Source: an uncultured delta proteobacterium (GTDB taxonomy: Bacteria > Desulfobacterota > Binatia > UBA9968). Taken from it: DNA of 64,000 nucleotides. Below are positions 40,926 to 51,948 of this stretch, piece by piece (positions within the stretch are counted from its first letter, which is position 1; the number at the start of each line of letters is the position of its first letter). Under the pieces are notes generated by a model. That model was given only the letters and a program-made list of their open reading frames with translations, was not told the origin of the DNA and searched no databases. The position numbers and the translations under genes were made by a program. The DNA lies in assembly GCA_963737905.1 (NCBI GenBank), contig CAVTUQ010000034.1, forward strand, positions 1 through 64,000. The letters are read 5' to 3'.

Positions 40926-41139
40926 CTTTTAACCTCAATCCGACATTCTTTTAGTATTGACAATCGTACAGAGACGCGCGCGGCGGGACCGGAGACGATA
41001 AAGAGAATGATGAGCCCTTCATCCCCCGCAAGGGGGTAACAATTGTCGATCCTTCAACTTGACACCTTGCGGATGCCTTGGTACGGTTCGCCGCGTTGGA
41101 CTCGTGAGCGGCATGCCAGACTTACAGTGACGTCTACCT

Positions 41140-41910
41140 ATGGCTGATGGCACTAAGATCGTCGTTGATCACGCCAGTAAGCTTTTCCTCGAAGGAACAG
41201 TCGTCGCCTTTCGCAACGTTGAGCTGAATGTAAGAAGCAACGAGGTTCTCTGCATCGTCGGTCCGTCAGGCTGCGGTAAGACAACCTTGCTCCGCTGCAT
41301 CGGCGGATTGCTAGCGCCGAGCTCCGGACAAGTCCTGATCGACGGCCGGATCGTAAGTTCTCCCTGTCCGGGAGTCGCGATCGTCTTTCAACATTTCGGC
41401 TTATTACCGTGGAAAACGGTGGTGGGCAACGTCGCCTTTGGGCTCAAGATCGCCGGCGCGCCTCAAGGGCTCATCACCGAGCGCCTTGAGCACTACATCC
41501 GTCTGGTCGGGCTCGCCGGCTTCGAAAGCCATTATCCCTACCAACTCAGCGGTGGCATGCAGCAACGCGTCGGTCTAGCGCGCGCCCTCGCGATCGATCC
41601 CGAGGTACTCTTAATGGATGAGCCGTTCGCTTCGGTGGATGCGCAAACACGAGAGGTGTTGCAGGAAGAGCTGCTTCAACTCCATGAGCGCGAGCGCAAG
41701 ACGATGATTTTTATTACCCATTCGATCGACGAAGCGATTATTCTAGGTGACCGGGTGGCGGTCATGGCGGCTCGCCCCGGCCGGGTCAAAGAAGTATTAC
41801 GAGTAGATTTTCGCCGGCCGCGCGATCCTGCCGCGGTGCGGGCTGAATCTCGCTATACCGAGCTACGAAACCATATTTGGGAAGAGCTGCGGCCGTCGGT
41901 GGTCATGTGA
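41140..41910 (+). CDS. NitT/TauT ABC ATP-binding protein
   Basis: GPSGCGKT, LLPWKTV, LSGGMQQR, THSIDEA. Confidence 0.9.
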   Translation: MADGTKIVVDHASKLFLEGTVVAFRNVELNVRSNEVLCIVGPSGCGKTTLLRCIGGLLAPSSGQVLIDGRIVSSPCPGVAIVFQHFGLLPWKTVVGNVAFGLKIAGAPQGLITERLEHYIRLVGLAGFESHYPYQLSGGMQQRVGLARALAIDPEVLLMDEPFASVDAQTREVLQEELLQLHERERKTMIFITHSIDEAIILGDRVAVMAARPGRVKEVLRVDFRRPRDPAAVRAESRYTELRNHIWEELRPSVVM

Positions 41911-42785
41911 TGAGCATCAGCAATACTGAAGAAGGGGCGACGGCGGGGCTGACCCTTGCCGCCCACGAAGAGCTTGCCGCGGAGCAGCAAGCGGCCCGTG
42001 AGCGGGCACGCGCCGTCCAGCGCCGCTGGACGACTGTGCAGATAGCCATTCGGATCATCTCCCTGATCGTGGTGCTCGGCGCCTGGGAGTACGTGGGCAG
42101 GCAAATCAATCCCGTCCTGTTTACGTATCCTACGGCGGTGGCGTCCGCCGCTGCCAAGATGATCGCCACCGGCGAGCTGTGGAAATATCTTTCCCAGAGC
42201 CTCATTGTGCTGTTCGTCGGGCTCGCTCTGGCCTCGATTTTCGGTATCTGCCTGGGACTCATCATGGCGCGCGTTTGGGTCATCGATGTCGCCCTGGACA
42301 CTTACATTACGGCGCTCTATTCGATTCCCTCGGTCGCTCTGGTCCCGGTATTGGTGCTCTGGTTTGGCTTCGAGACCACGGCCAAGATCGCCGTGGTGTT
42401 TCTTTTTACTTTCTTCCCGATCGTGATCAATACGTACCAGGGAGTAAAAAACGTTGACAGTCATCTGACGGAAGTGGGACGAGCTTTCCGCTGCAGCGAG
42501 AGACAACTTTGGATTCATATCGTATTGCCGGCGGCGGTGCCCTACATCGTGACGGGTCTGAGGCTCGCGATCGGCCGCGGCTTGATTGGCATGGTGCTCG
42601 CGGATCTTTATACAGCCATCACCGGCATCGGCTACCTGATCTCGCGCTACGCCAGCATCTATCGCACCGATGCGATGTTCGTGCCCATCGCAACGTTAGG
42701 TGTTTTGGGCATTACCTTGACCGGGTTGCTGCGTTTCGTCGAGAGGCGGGTGGCGCCCTGGATGCAACAGCCCGGGCAAGAATGA
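41910..42785 (+). CDS. NitT/TauT ABC permease
   Basis: FFPIVINTYQGV, LPAAVPYIVTGLRL; start overlaps the ATPase stop. Confidence 0.88.
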   Translation: MSISNTEEGATAGLTLAAHEELAAEQQAARERARAVQRRWTTVQIAIRIISLIVVLGAWEYVGRQINPVLFTYPTAVASAAAKMIATGELWKYLSQSLIVLFVGLALASIFGICLGLIMARVWVIDVALDTYITALYSIPSVALVPVLVLWFGFETTAKIAVVFLFTFFPIVINTYQGVKNVDSHLTEVGRAFRCSERQLWIHIVLPAAVPYIVTGLRLAIGRGLIGMVLADLYTAITGIGYLISRYASIYRTDAMFVPIATLGVLGITLTGLLRFVERRVAPWMQQPGQE

Positions 42786-42807
42786 GGCATTTTTTAGGAG
42801 GTGGAAT

Positions 42808-43878
42808 ATGATCAGTGAATGTATTCGTAGCCGTTCTCTTTTCACAAGACCCACGGCGCTCCGATTGTTGATCGCTCTGTTGGCGGTCGTTTTTAGCAGT
42901 GATCCCGCAGGGGCTCAATCGAAGGCGCCATGCAAGGAAATGCGCAAAGTCAAATTCGGAGTGTCGGTTTCACCGCCCAATGTGGTGCACACGCCGATCT
43001 ATGTGGCGCGCGATCTTGGGATCTTCGCGAAACATTGCATCGACGCCGAGGTCGTCGAGTTTGAAGGTGGCGCCTCGGCGGCAAATTTAGCGGCGGTGGC
43101 TCAGGGCCGCGCCTTAGCCACGATAAACGCGACCGCCATCGCGCAGGGTCTCAAGGCGAAACAATTCTGGGGTATGGCGCCCCGTTTGCCGCAAGCTTAT
43201 GTGGTGAGCGAAGAGATCAAGACGGCGGCGGACTTGAAAGGAAAGCGCCTAAGCGCCACGGGCGGCGGTGTAGGTGGGTTCAACTGGGTGATGGGCCGCG
43301 AAGTGCTAAAAACCGCCGGCCTTAAAGTCGACGATGTCCAGTTCGTATCGCAGGCGACCGCGGGCAGGCTTCCAGGGCTCCTCGCGGGCCAGCTCAATGG
43401 CGTGGCGCTCCATCCGGAAGATGTCTACTTAGCTCAGAAGCAAAAACCCGGGCTGCACGTCCTGGTGGAACTCGCCCAGTTGATGCCGAAGTATTTCTTC
43501 AACGCCTATGGCGCGGCGGACAGCATTCTGTCTAAGGACCCAGTCATGGTGCGCGACGTGGCGACAGCGCTCATCGAGACCAATCGCATGATTTATAATC
43601 AAAAAGAAAAAGTGATCCCGATCATGGTGGAAGCCACCAAGAAGCCTCAGGACGCAGTCAGCTTTTCCTATGACTACCTTGTGAAAAATTGCGTGTGGAG
43701 CGTCAACACCGGCTTTTCCAAGGAACGGACCGAGTGGTCGATTGAGAACGGCATCGAGAACGGCGATATCCAGGCGGACAAAAAGCCGACCTACGAACAG
43801 GTTGTCGACGTCAAGCTCGGCGAGGAGGCATTAAAAGCAGCAGGCGGGCCGACCAAGATTCGCGGCTGCGCGGATTAA
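42808..43878 (+). CDS. NMT1/THI5-like substrate-binding protein (cognate to the adjacent ABC module)
   Basis: Signal peptide, GIFAKHCID, DLKGKRL. Confidence 0.85.
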   Translation: MISECIRSRSLFTRPTALRLLIALLAVVFSSDPAGAQSKAPCKEMRKVKFGVSVSPPNVVHTPIYVARDLGIFAKHCIDAEVVEFEGGASAANLAAVAQGRALATINATAIAQGLKAKQFWGMAPRLPQAYVVSEEIKTAADLKGKRLSATGGGVGGFNWVMGREVLKTAGLKVDDVQFVSQATAGRLPGLLAGQLNGVALHPEDVYLAQKQKPGLHVLVELAQLMPKYFFNAYGAADSILSKDPVMVRDVATALIETNRMIYNQKEKVIPIMVEATKKPQDAVSFSYDYLVKNCVWSVNTGFSKERTEWSIENGIENGDIQADKKPTYEQVVDVKLGEEALKAAGGPTKIRGCAD

Positions 43879-43885
43879 TATCGCC

Positions 43886-44210
43886 GTTTCGAGTTTGGAG
43901 TTTAATGTTTCGCATTAAGACAAAACTCACCACGAAGGACGCGAAGAGCACGAAGATGAGAATTGGTTTAACCACAAAGAACGCAAAGGTCAGAAAGAAA
44001 AATTCTTTGTGTCCTTCGTACTAACATGCTCAAGAGCTTTTATAGTTTAAGCAAATTTTCTGAATGGAAGCGGCACTTGACGAAAGCCATTCTCACCACG
44101 GAGAACGCGAAGGCCACGAAGTAGGGCGGGTTTGAAACCTGCCCCCCTACATTTTTGTGTCCTTTGAGTTCTTTGCGGTTACATTCTTTCTTCGTGCCCT
44201 TCCTGGTGGA
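43886..44210. repeat. Nested REP-like cluster
   Basis: CACCACGAAG.CGCGAAG and ACCACAAAGAACGCAAAG arms; GTAGGGCGGGTTTGAAACCTGCCCCCCTAC palindrome at 44121-44150; element end ACTAACATGCT at 44020. Confidence 0.65.
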
Positions 44211-44237
44211 TAAAACGAAATAGAAAGCGAGAACGTA

Positions 44238-45513
44238 ATGCCAGGCTACTCATTTTCCGAGATCAAGAATCGGCTCGACGATTGGCGGGTCTTCAACAAC
44301 ATGGTTGATTCGCCATACTACCGCGACGCGGTGTACGAGCGGTTTTCCGATAAAGAGTACGAGCGGCGCTACAGAGCGCTGCGGGCCAAGATGCGAGAGC
44401 GGGGTCGGGACTGCGTCATTGTGCCGGGCGGGCCGAACCATTGGAGTTTCGGCGGCGGGATGCTCTGGCTCTCCGGCCATTGGGAGTGGCACGCGATGGC
44501 CAACTACGTTGTTTTTCCTCTCGAAGGCGAGCCCACCTTGATCTACTCGATGGGCGGCACGCACATCGAGGCGACTCGAAGGGAGAGCGCCATCAAAGAC
44601 GTGCGGCCGTCGCGTGGCGGACGCTTTGCCGAGGTGATGATCGAGCGGATCAAAGAGCTGGGGCTTGATCGCGGCAAGATCGGTATCCTGGAAGTGGACC
44701 CGCGTTTTCACGACTACATGCCCGTGAACCAATACATGGCGCTCAGGGAGGCATTGCCGAACGCGGCTTTCAGCTTTGAGCCAGGTTGGATGCATGAATT
44801 GGTTTATCGGAAGAGCACGGAGGAGCTTGATTGCATTCGCAAAGCGGGTCAACTCTGTGAAGCTGCGATGCAGGCTCTAGTGGCTCGTTGCCGGCCCGGT
44901 GTGACCGAATATCAGCTCAAAGCCGCCGTAGCCGGCGCTATTTTGGAAGGAGGAGGAGATCTCGACTTCGCGATCATCGGCTCGACGCCCATGAAAAATC
45001 CGGCGCTGATCTTCGGCAACCCCCGGCCCTCGGGCCGCATGCTCAAAGACGGCGACATCGTGATGATGGAACTTGCCGCAGGCTACCGGGGCTACAGCGC
45101 GCAGATCGGCTCGCCGGTTTGTATGGGCGAACCGCCGACAGAGGTGCGACGCTTTTTCGATGAGATCGTGCTGCCGGGCTTCAAGCGCATGGTGGATGTG
45201 GCGCGAGCAGGCCATCATTTGAACGAGCTGGTCGAGGCCGCTCGCTTTTATCGCGAGCACGGCGTCCAATCGCGACCCATCCACATTCACGGCATCGATT
45301 TCGTCAGCTCGGAGCCGCATATCTTCACCGATCATGTCCAAGCGCGAAGAATATGAGCAGGTGCTTCAGCCTGGGATGGTGCTGGTGATCGAACCCAACG
45401 CCGTGACCGCCGACGGCCAGTTCGGTATCTTCTTCGGTCACACCTTCATTATCACCGAGGGAGAGCCGGAGTGCGTTGATAATTATCCGTGGGAACTTAC
45501 GGTGATTCGATAG
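44238..45513 (+). CDS. M24 / creatinase-like pita-bread protein, frameshift ~45345
   Basis: FSDKEYERR, RKSTEEL, RPGVTE; second frame VLQPGMVLVIEPN...FGHT to stop at 45513. Confidence 0.8.
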
Positions 45514-45666
45514 CAGGACAATGGCTGTTTGTGATTCCTTGACATTCGTACGGTGGCTCACTCTTCAAGAAGTTTCGTATTGAGATTCGTTGAGTACTAC
45601 CGTGCTATACCGCGGGCTGATATCTGGATACACCGCCCCAGGTGCAGCGTTTGTCGGGAGAAGAGA

Positions 45667-45776
45667 TTGACAAGGCGGCGCTTGTTGGCGGATATTGCAG
45701 CCGTTTTTGCTCTTCCTCGATTGCGGGTTCCTGGATATCCCGCAGGAAGAGCCCGCAGTTCACTTAATAGTTAGCC
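45667..45776 (+). promoter_or_regulatory. Putative Pc-like promoter and attI-like site of cassette array A
   Basis: TTGACA at 45667; AATA-GTTAGCC at 45766-45776, same context as 56257-56267. Confidence 0.4.
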
Positions 45777-45822
45777 TCATACTCAGTGCGGGAAATACCT
45801 TAGCATGTCCTAAACGGTCATT

Positions 45823-46888
45823 TTGAAAGGGGCTAGCAAGAGCAGAGGAGGGACAAAGACGCAGACCTATTTCGAGTGGCTGAGCCAGGCATCGCCCGAC
45901 GTCCAGCTTCAGCTGTTGGTCTCGGGCCACTGGATCGCGCAGGCGATCGCGGTCGCCGCCGAGCTTGGTATCGCGGATCTTCTCGCGGATGGCCCTCGAT
46001 CGAGTGACGATCTGGCGCAAGCGGCGGGCTGTCACTCTGATGCGCTCTACCGACTTCTGCGAGCGCTGGCGGGCCTGGGAATTTTTACCGAGGTCGAACC
46101 GAAGAGGTTCGCGCTCACGCCGATGGCAGAAACGCTCGGCGCCGACGCGCCGGCTTCACTTCGTAACTGGGCGATGCATGCCTGCGGTGACGCGCAGTGG
46201 CGCACCTGGGGCCGGCTGGGTAATAGCGTCCGGACAGGGCAGCATCCTTCAAGCACGTCCATGGCATGGACAACACACAGTATCGTGCACAACATCCTGC
46301 TGCCGCTGCGCTTTTCGATGCCGGCATGACTAGCCTCGCTACTCAAGTGGCCAACGCAGTAGTGGAGGCGTATGACTTCTCCGCGCTAGGCACTATAGTT
46401 GATGTGGGTGGTGGCCACGGCGCGCTGCTCATCGCCATCCTGAGCGCCAATCCGGAGCTGCGCGCGGTGCTGTTTGACCTACCCCGCGTGGTTGAGGGTG
46501 CGCGGGAGCCACTGTTGGCGGCCGGAATACTTGACCGCTGCGAGATCGTTGGCGGAGATATGTTCGATACGGTGCCGCTGGCGGCGACGTCTATGTGCTC
46601 TCGCGAGTCATCCATGGTTGGTATGACGATCGCTCGGTGGTTATCCTCGCGAACTGCCGCCGCGTAATGGAACGACAGAGCAAACTCCTCCTGGTCCAAG
46701 AAGTCATCCCTCCAGGAGACTCGTTTGCCTACGGTAAGCTGAGCGATCTCAACATGCTGGTCTCGCCTGGTGGGCAGGAGCGCACTGAGGCCGAATATCG
46801 CGCGCTCTACGCTGCGGCAGGTTTCACACTGACACGCGTCATTCCGACGCGGTCGCGCATTAACGTCATTGAGGGTACGCCGGTCTAA
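45823..46888 (+). CDS. O-methyltransferase (Methyltransf_2 with dimerisation domain), two frameshifts (~46242, ~46577); probable gene cassette
   Basis: LYRLLRALA, VDVGGGHG, FDLP, GDMF, ERTEAEY; stop codon lies within GTCTAAC. Confidence 0.8.
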
Positions 46889-46947
46889 CTTGACCGATGG
46901 CAGAAAAAAGAAACGGAAGGAAAAAATCGGGGCTCGTGAATTGTCTG

Positions 46948-47005
46948 GCCTAACCATCTGCTTCAGACCGACGCAGACTAAGCGCCGCTGAGCATGGCGT
47001 TAGCT
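46948..47005 (+). mobile_element. Integron attC site (58 bp)
   Basis: GCCTAAC ... TGCTTCAG / CTGAGCA ... GCGTTAGCT. Confidence 0.8.
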
Positions 47006-47039
47006 TCGGCGAATGGTTGTTTGCTAAACTGGTAAAGTC

Positions 47040-47511
47040 ATGCCGTCTTCGTCTACGTTGAGACCTCGGTCATCAGCTATTACACAGCTCGGCGAGCTGA
47101 GATATAGTGACTGCGGCCCGGCAGACGCTCACGCAAGAATGGTGGGACGAGCCGAGGCAGGTTTGATCTTTACGTCTCTGTGCTCGTGGTGGAGGAGGCT
47201 AAGGGCGGTGGTGCTGAAGCAGCCAAAGGCGTCTGGCAGCGATTTCAGGGCTCCCAATTTTGGAGATAATGACGCTGCAGAGAAATTGGGCAGGCGCTTG
47301 TTGGATGAGGGAGCTATCCCGTCATCGAGAGCTGAAGACGCACTGCATATTTCACTCGCAACGTACACGGAATGGATTTTCTCTTGACGTGGAATTTCCG
47401 TCATATCAACAACGCCGAAATGAAAGCACGAATCAGGACTATCATTGAGGCGGCAGGGTACGAGAGCCTGTTATATGTTCACCCGAAGAGTTAGGAGGTG
47501 GCGAGCTATGA
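47040..47511 (+). pseudogene. PIN-domain (VapC-like) toxin with several indels; cassette-borne
   Basis: Across frames: VYVETSVISY, TQEWW, LVVEE, AEDALHI, DFLLTWNFRHINNA, ICSPEEL. Confidence 0.75.
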
Positions 47512-47677
47512 AACCAGATCCCATAGTGGAAGAAGTTCGCAAGGTCAGGGAAGCCACGCGGCGAAGTTAACTACGATCTCTCAGCTATTTGTGCTGACCT
47601 AAGAAGAAAGAAAAAGATTCGGTTACGTGGTGGTGTCTCGTCGACCGAAGCTGCGGCTGAAGCCTACCGGAAGCTAA
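47508..47677 (+). pseudogene. Short putative antitoxin (MKPDPIVEEVRKVRE...) with indels
   Basis: ATGA overlap with the toxin stop; a TAA lies in the AGCTAAC of the next attC. Confidence 0.6.
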
Positions 47678-47730
47678 CCGTTGGGTTGAGAAGGACGCGG
47701 CGGACCGCGCCTCTCACCTTAGCGTTAGCG
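47672..47730 (+). mobile_element. Integron attC site (59 bp)
   Basis: AGCTAAC ... GGTTGAGA / TCTCACC ... GCGTTAGCG; AGCTAAC is the exact complement of GTTAGCT that opens the cassette. Confidence 0.82.
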
Positions 47731-47844
47731 CGAAGCAAAAGCGATGATAAAGAGCGAGTAAAGAATAAGTAAATGGGGTCAGAGAACTTTTTTTTGTCCA
47801 ACTCGCGTTGAGCATTGGGCACTCGGTGCTGGCATGCTCTTAGC

Positions 47845-48149
47845 TTAGGCGGCTTTGAGGCGCGACGGGACGGTTTGATAACGAGCCGAACACGCACACC
47901 AGGCGGGCGAGCATGTCGATGAGTGCGTCGGTGCTGAACAGATCAATCCGGCTCGAAGCAGGTCACTTACCCGAGGCTGGGTCACGCGGAGAATCTTGCC
48001 ACTTCGGCCTGCTTGAGACGTCGGGCCGCGATTAGCTTCTGGACTTTAATCAGCAGGTCCGAACGAACGAGCAGGTGCTCGGCTTCGTCCGGAGGAAAAC
48101 TCAGATCTCGGAACACATTGCCGCTTGATCGAGTTATCTTATTTTTCAT
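47845..48149 (-). pseudogene. XRE/HigA-like HTH antitoxin with indels
   Basis: SSGNVFRDL...EAEHLLVRSDL, VTQPRVSDLL, IDLFSTDALIDML. Confidence 0.72.
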
Positions 48150-48477
48150 CTTGAACCTACCTTCCAATGGTGTCCGGCACGGTTTCTTATGCAAGTATTA
48201 GTATATCTGTCAAGCCGGACGAAAAAAGAGGATGACTCCAATCATCGGCACAGTCGCCTAATAGCTGCAGAGTCGAACGCCAAGTTCGGACGGTGCGTGT
48301 CTGCCGATGCAGATGACGACGAGATCGAGTATGGAAAGACCGTTGGCTGGTCGTTGCTCCGCCGTCGTACTGTTCATTGCGGTGTTGATCGCTGAACGCT
48401 GATAGTCCGGTCGCGGCAAAACGTTCACGGGCAACGTCGTTGTAACCATAAGCGTTAACATCACAGAGGAGGCAAGA

Positions 48478-48853
48478 ATGACTGAGCAAACAAAGAGTCT
48501 TTATACTCGGCTCGGTGGCTACGATGCGATTACTGCCGTTGTGGAGGATCTTCACCCCGGCTCGTGAACGATGCGCAGCTGGGGCGATTCTGGCAAAACC
48601 GGGGTGCGGATGGAATGCGCCGTGAGAAACAGCTCTTGATCGATTTACTTTGTGCCAGCGCCGGGGGACCGTCATATTACACCGGGAGGGATATGGGGTT
48701 ATCTCACAAGGGGATGAAAATCAGTGGGAGTGATGGGCGGCCTTCATACGTCATGTGAATGCTACTCTGGACGCGTTCCAAGTTCTTCAGCAGGAACGGG
48801 GCGAGGTGCTGGGTTTTATAGAAAGCACCAAGGCGGACATTGTCGAGGTCTAG
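48478..48853 (+). pseudogene. Group I truncated hemoglobin with indels
   Basis: SLYTRLGGYDAI, AGGPSYYTGRDM..SHKGM, STKADIVE; AGGAGG RBS. Confidence 0.78.
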
Positions 48854-48885
48854 AGGTGGGGGCAGCCGAAATAAGGAGGAATAAA

Positions 48886-49990
48886 ATGTTGCCCAAACAT
48901 CCAGATCCGACCGTTGATCATGTTTTAAAAACCTGGGCGCCGCGGATGATTGTTCAGGGAATCGATTACAACGACTTCATGACGACCGGCGCGCGCATTC
49001 GTGTGTGGGACGAGTGGTGCCGCGAGTGGTGCGTGACTGCGGCCGGCCACGAAACGTTTGCGCGGGAGAACGAAGCGAAGGGCAACCGGGAAAGCGCAAC
49101 TGAGGCTTATCTTCTGGCTTCTATGGCCTATCACTTCGCGTGCAACAACTCTCCTCAAAATCTTGACGAGTATATTCCAGCGGCGAAAAAGCGCGTCGAG
49201 TGCTACGCGAAGGCCGCGCCTTATCTCGATCCGCCGGCCGAGCGCCATGAAGTGCCGTTCGAAAACTTCCGCATGCCGGCTTATCTGCGAGTGCCGCCGG
49301 GAATTCAAACGACCGCCGGTGGTGGTGATCATCTCCGGACTCGAATCGACCAAGGAGGAAGCTCGTACAATGGAGGATGGCTTTCTGCGACGCGGGATGG
49401 CGACCTTTACTTTTGATGGTCCCGGCCAAGGCGAGACGTGGTTTCAAGGCGGCATGATCGTCGATTTCGAGCGCGCGACATCGGCGGTGATCGACTACCT
49501 TGAAAAAATTGCTCAAGTCGACACAAAAAGGCTTGGCGTTTTTGGGCCGAGCCTGGGAGGTTATCTCGCGCCACGATCGGCGGCCTGCGATTCGCGCATC
49601 AAAGCCTGCACTTTCGCTGGCGGTATGTACGACCGGACGCAGGTGGCGAACCGCTTGGAAGATCCATTCGAATACGCCCGCATCGCTCACATCTGGAAGG
49701 TATATGACAAACAGAAGCTGATCGAGCTGCACAGCCGCTGTACTCTGGCAGGATTGGCTTCGAAAATCCGCTGCCCGCTATTAGTGGTCCACGGCACCAA
49801 AGACTTTGTACCGGTCGAACAGGCGAAACGGACCTATGAGGAAGCCGCGGGCCCCAAGGAATGGGTCTTACTTGAGGGCGGCAATCACGTCTGCAATAAC
49901 ATGCCCTTCCGCTACCGCCCGCTGATCGGAGATTTTCTCGCCAAGCATTTAGAGGCGGAAAGAGTCCGACAATTTAAGGTAGATTCTTAG
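48886..49990 (+). CDS. Alpha/beta hydrolase of the 2,6-dihydropseudooxynicotine hydrolase/FrsA type, frameshift ~49306
   Basis: GIDYNDF, GLESTKEE, FDGPGQGE, GPSLGGY, GNHVCNN. Confidence 0.8.
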
Positions 49991-50054
49991 ACTTCGAGTC
50001 TGAGTATTTATCTCTAACACTTTATGCTGCTAACCATGCTGATAAAAGACGTTA

Positions 50055-50331
50055 TCGCACCAAGACGCCAAGCACGCAAAGAGATCTAGAAATCCCCCTT
50101 TCATCCCCGCTTTGTCAAAGGGGGAAAGAGGGGATTTGATGAACCTTGGCGCCCTTTGCGCCTTTGCGCGAGACATTGTTGTTCGATCTCTTTTCAATTC
50201 AGAGTTTCAAATACCGGGCAGCATTTTAGATTTTCGATTGATCTAAAATAAAGCATCGTAAAGTCGTCATCCTGGCCAAGCGAGCCCATCGGGAAGCTTA
50301 AGCCTGGATTCCCGCTTTCGCGGGAAAGACG
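50055..50331. repeat. Nested REP cluster
   Basis: CGCCAAG/CGCAAAG ... CTTGGCG/CTTTGCG arms enclosing a CCCC...AAAGGGGG unit; CTGGATTCCCGCTTTCGCGGGAA palindrome at ~50304-50327. Confidence 0.65.
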
Positions 50332-50456
50332 CGTAAGACGAACGACTTGGCACTCTCAAAATCTAGTTTGATCCCTTCTCCTGTCTGAGGTTGACACGGA
50401 CAAAATTGCAATGTTATTCGCTAGAAGCATTCGAACCGGGAAGAAAGGATTGGTTC

Positions 50457-51236
50457 ATGGCCACAGAGAGAAAATATATTCTTGTTGAAAAGCGTGGCGC
50501 CGTCGCGAAAATCACTATCAACCGTCCGGAGAAAAGAAATGCTTTGAGCCGGGATACGATTCGTGAAGTGTTGAGCGCTTTCGAAGAGCTACGAAGCGAC
50601 GACTCCATCGCAGTGGTCCTGACGACGGGCGCCGGCGATGTCGCCTACTGCGCGGGCCGCGATCTATCAGAGTTTCCCACTGAAGGCGGGAAGAATCGAG
50701 GCACAGACCGGCGCTCCGAGCCGCGCGCTTACCATGTTGCTGAAGTGATCCGTACCTTTCCCAAAGTCACTATTGCTGTCATCAACGGTTATTGCCTGGG
50801 CGGCGGGATTACTCTTTTGCTGCCGCACGATCTTGCCATCGCGTCCGATAAGGCTCAGTTCGGCTTGCCGGAGATCATGCGCGGGTTCTTGCCCTATCCG
50901 ATCATCGCGACGATGTTCAAGACACTAATTCCGACTAAATTGGCTTTCGAGATGATCCTTACCGGTAAGAATTGGGACGCGCAGAAATCAATGGAAGCAG
51001 GATTGATCAATCGCGTTGTGCCGCACGAGCAGTTGCAGGAAGCGGCGTGGCAGTGGGGCGAAGAGATCGGCCAGTTCGACAAAGTGACTTTGAAATATTG
51101 CAAAATGGCCGCCCATACTTCGATGGAAGCCGCCAGCGTGCCGGCAGCGGCGGAAATCGCGTGGCTAATGCAAGAAGAGCATGCTTTGGTCAATCCGCGG
51201 GCGTACGCCGGGACGCGCGAGTTCCAGAAGCATTAA
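50457..51236 (+). CDS. Enoyl-CoA hydratase/isomerase family protein
   Basis: INRPEKRNALS, CAGRDL, NGYCLGGG, FGLPEI. Confidence 0.88.
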   Translation: MATERKYILVEKRGAVAKITINRPEKRNALSRDTIREVLSAFEELRSDDSIAVVLTTGAGDVAYCAGRDLSEFPTEGGKNRGTDRRSEPRAYHVAEVIRTFPKVTIAVINGYCLGGGITLLLPHDLAIASDKAQFGLPEIMRGFLPYPIIATMFKTLIPTKLAFEMILTGKNWDAQKSMEAGLINRVVPHEQLQEAAWQWGEEIGQFDKVTLKYCKMAAHTSMEAASVPAAAEIAWLMQEEHALVNPRAYAGTREFQKH

Positions 51237-51390
51237 GGGTCTTCGGGCTTTCTGTGGAACAGGCTCGGAGATTGCACCGCAGAGACGCGGAGGACGCGGA
51301 GTAAAACTTTCTTGATTAAAAAATTCGCCGAACTCTGCGAGCTCGGCGCCTCTGTGGTGAATACCTTTTCGTAGGAAACCCGGAGTAGCC
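51237..51390. repeat. ~150-bp dispersed element, uninterrupted copy
   Basis: Near-identical to 54615..54933 apart from an insert there; CACCGCAGAGACGCGGAG / CTCGGCGCCTCTGTGGTG internal arms. Confidence 0.75.
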
Positions 51391-51433
51391 AAAATAAATA
51401 GCCCAAAGAAAAAGAGGTGAAAGGAATAAACCG

Positions 51434-51874
51434 TTGACGACGGATCGTCTCTCGGGAGGAGTCCTGGTTCTCTTTGCGCTTCTGGTGATTTTGGAAAGCC
51501 GCCATTATCCACTCGGAACATTCCGTCTCCCCGGACCCGCATTCGTACCGGTCCTACTCGCCTCGCTACTTCTGATCTTCGGAGTTTTGCTCGTGTTCAC
51601 GTCCAGCCGCGCTCCACGGCTCTCCTCGGTTAGCTGGACCGAGTGGCGCCATGCGTTAGCGATTTTGGCAGCATGCGTGTTTGCTGTTTTTGCAACCGAA
51701 CGACTTGGCTACCGCCTCACGGTTTTGCTCATGCTGGGCTTTCTGACAAAAGTTGTGGAACATCGCGGTTGGGTGCAGACCCTACTGTTTGCTTTTGGCC
51801 TGGCGTTTGGGTCGTTCTTCTTGTTCTATACCTTGCTTCGAGTGCCGCTGCCTGAAGGGCCCTTCGGTTTCTGA
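51434..51874 (+). CDS. tctB: Tripartite tricarboxylate transporter TctB
   Basis: PGPAFVP, ERLGY, LRVPLP. Confidence 0.82.
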   Translation: MTTDRLSGGVLVLFALLVILESRHYPLGTFRLPGPAFVPVLLASLLLIFGVLLVFTSSRAPRLSSVSWTEWRHALAILAACVFAVFATERLGYRLTVLLMLGFLTKVVEHRGWVQTLLFAFGLAFGSFFLFYTLLRVPLPEGPFGF

Positions 51875-51948
51875 AAGGGAACGAATCAAGAACGTTTTGA
51901 ACGGCTTGAACGATTTAAACGGCTTGAACCTTTTCTGTCGAAACGCCT

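Noticed and set aside
48189-48440. Short ORFs between HigA and the globin
   Set aside because: Fragmentary, with no family I can support.
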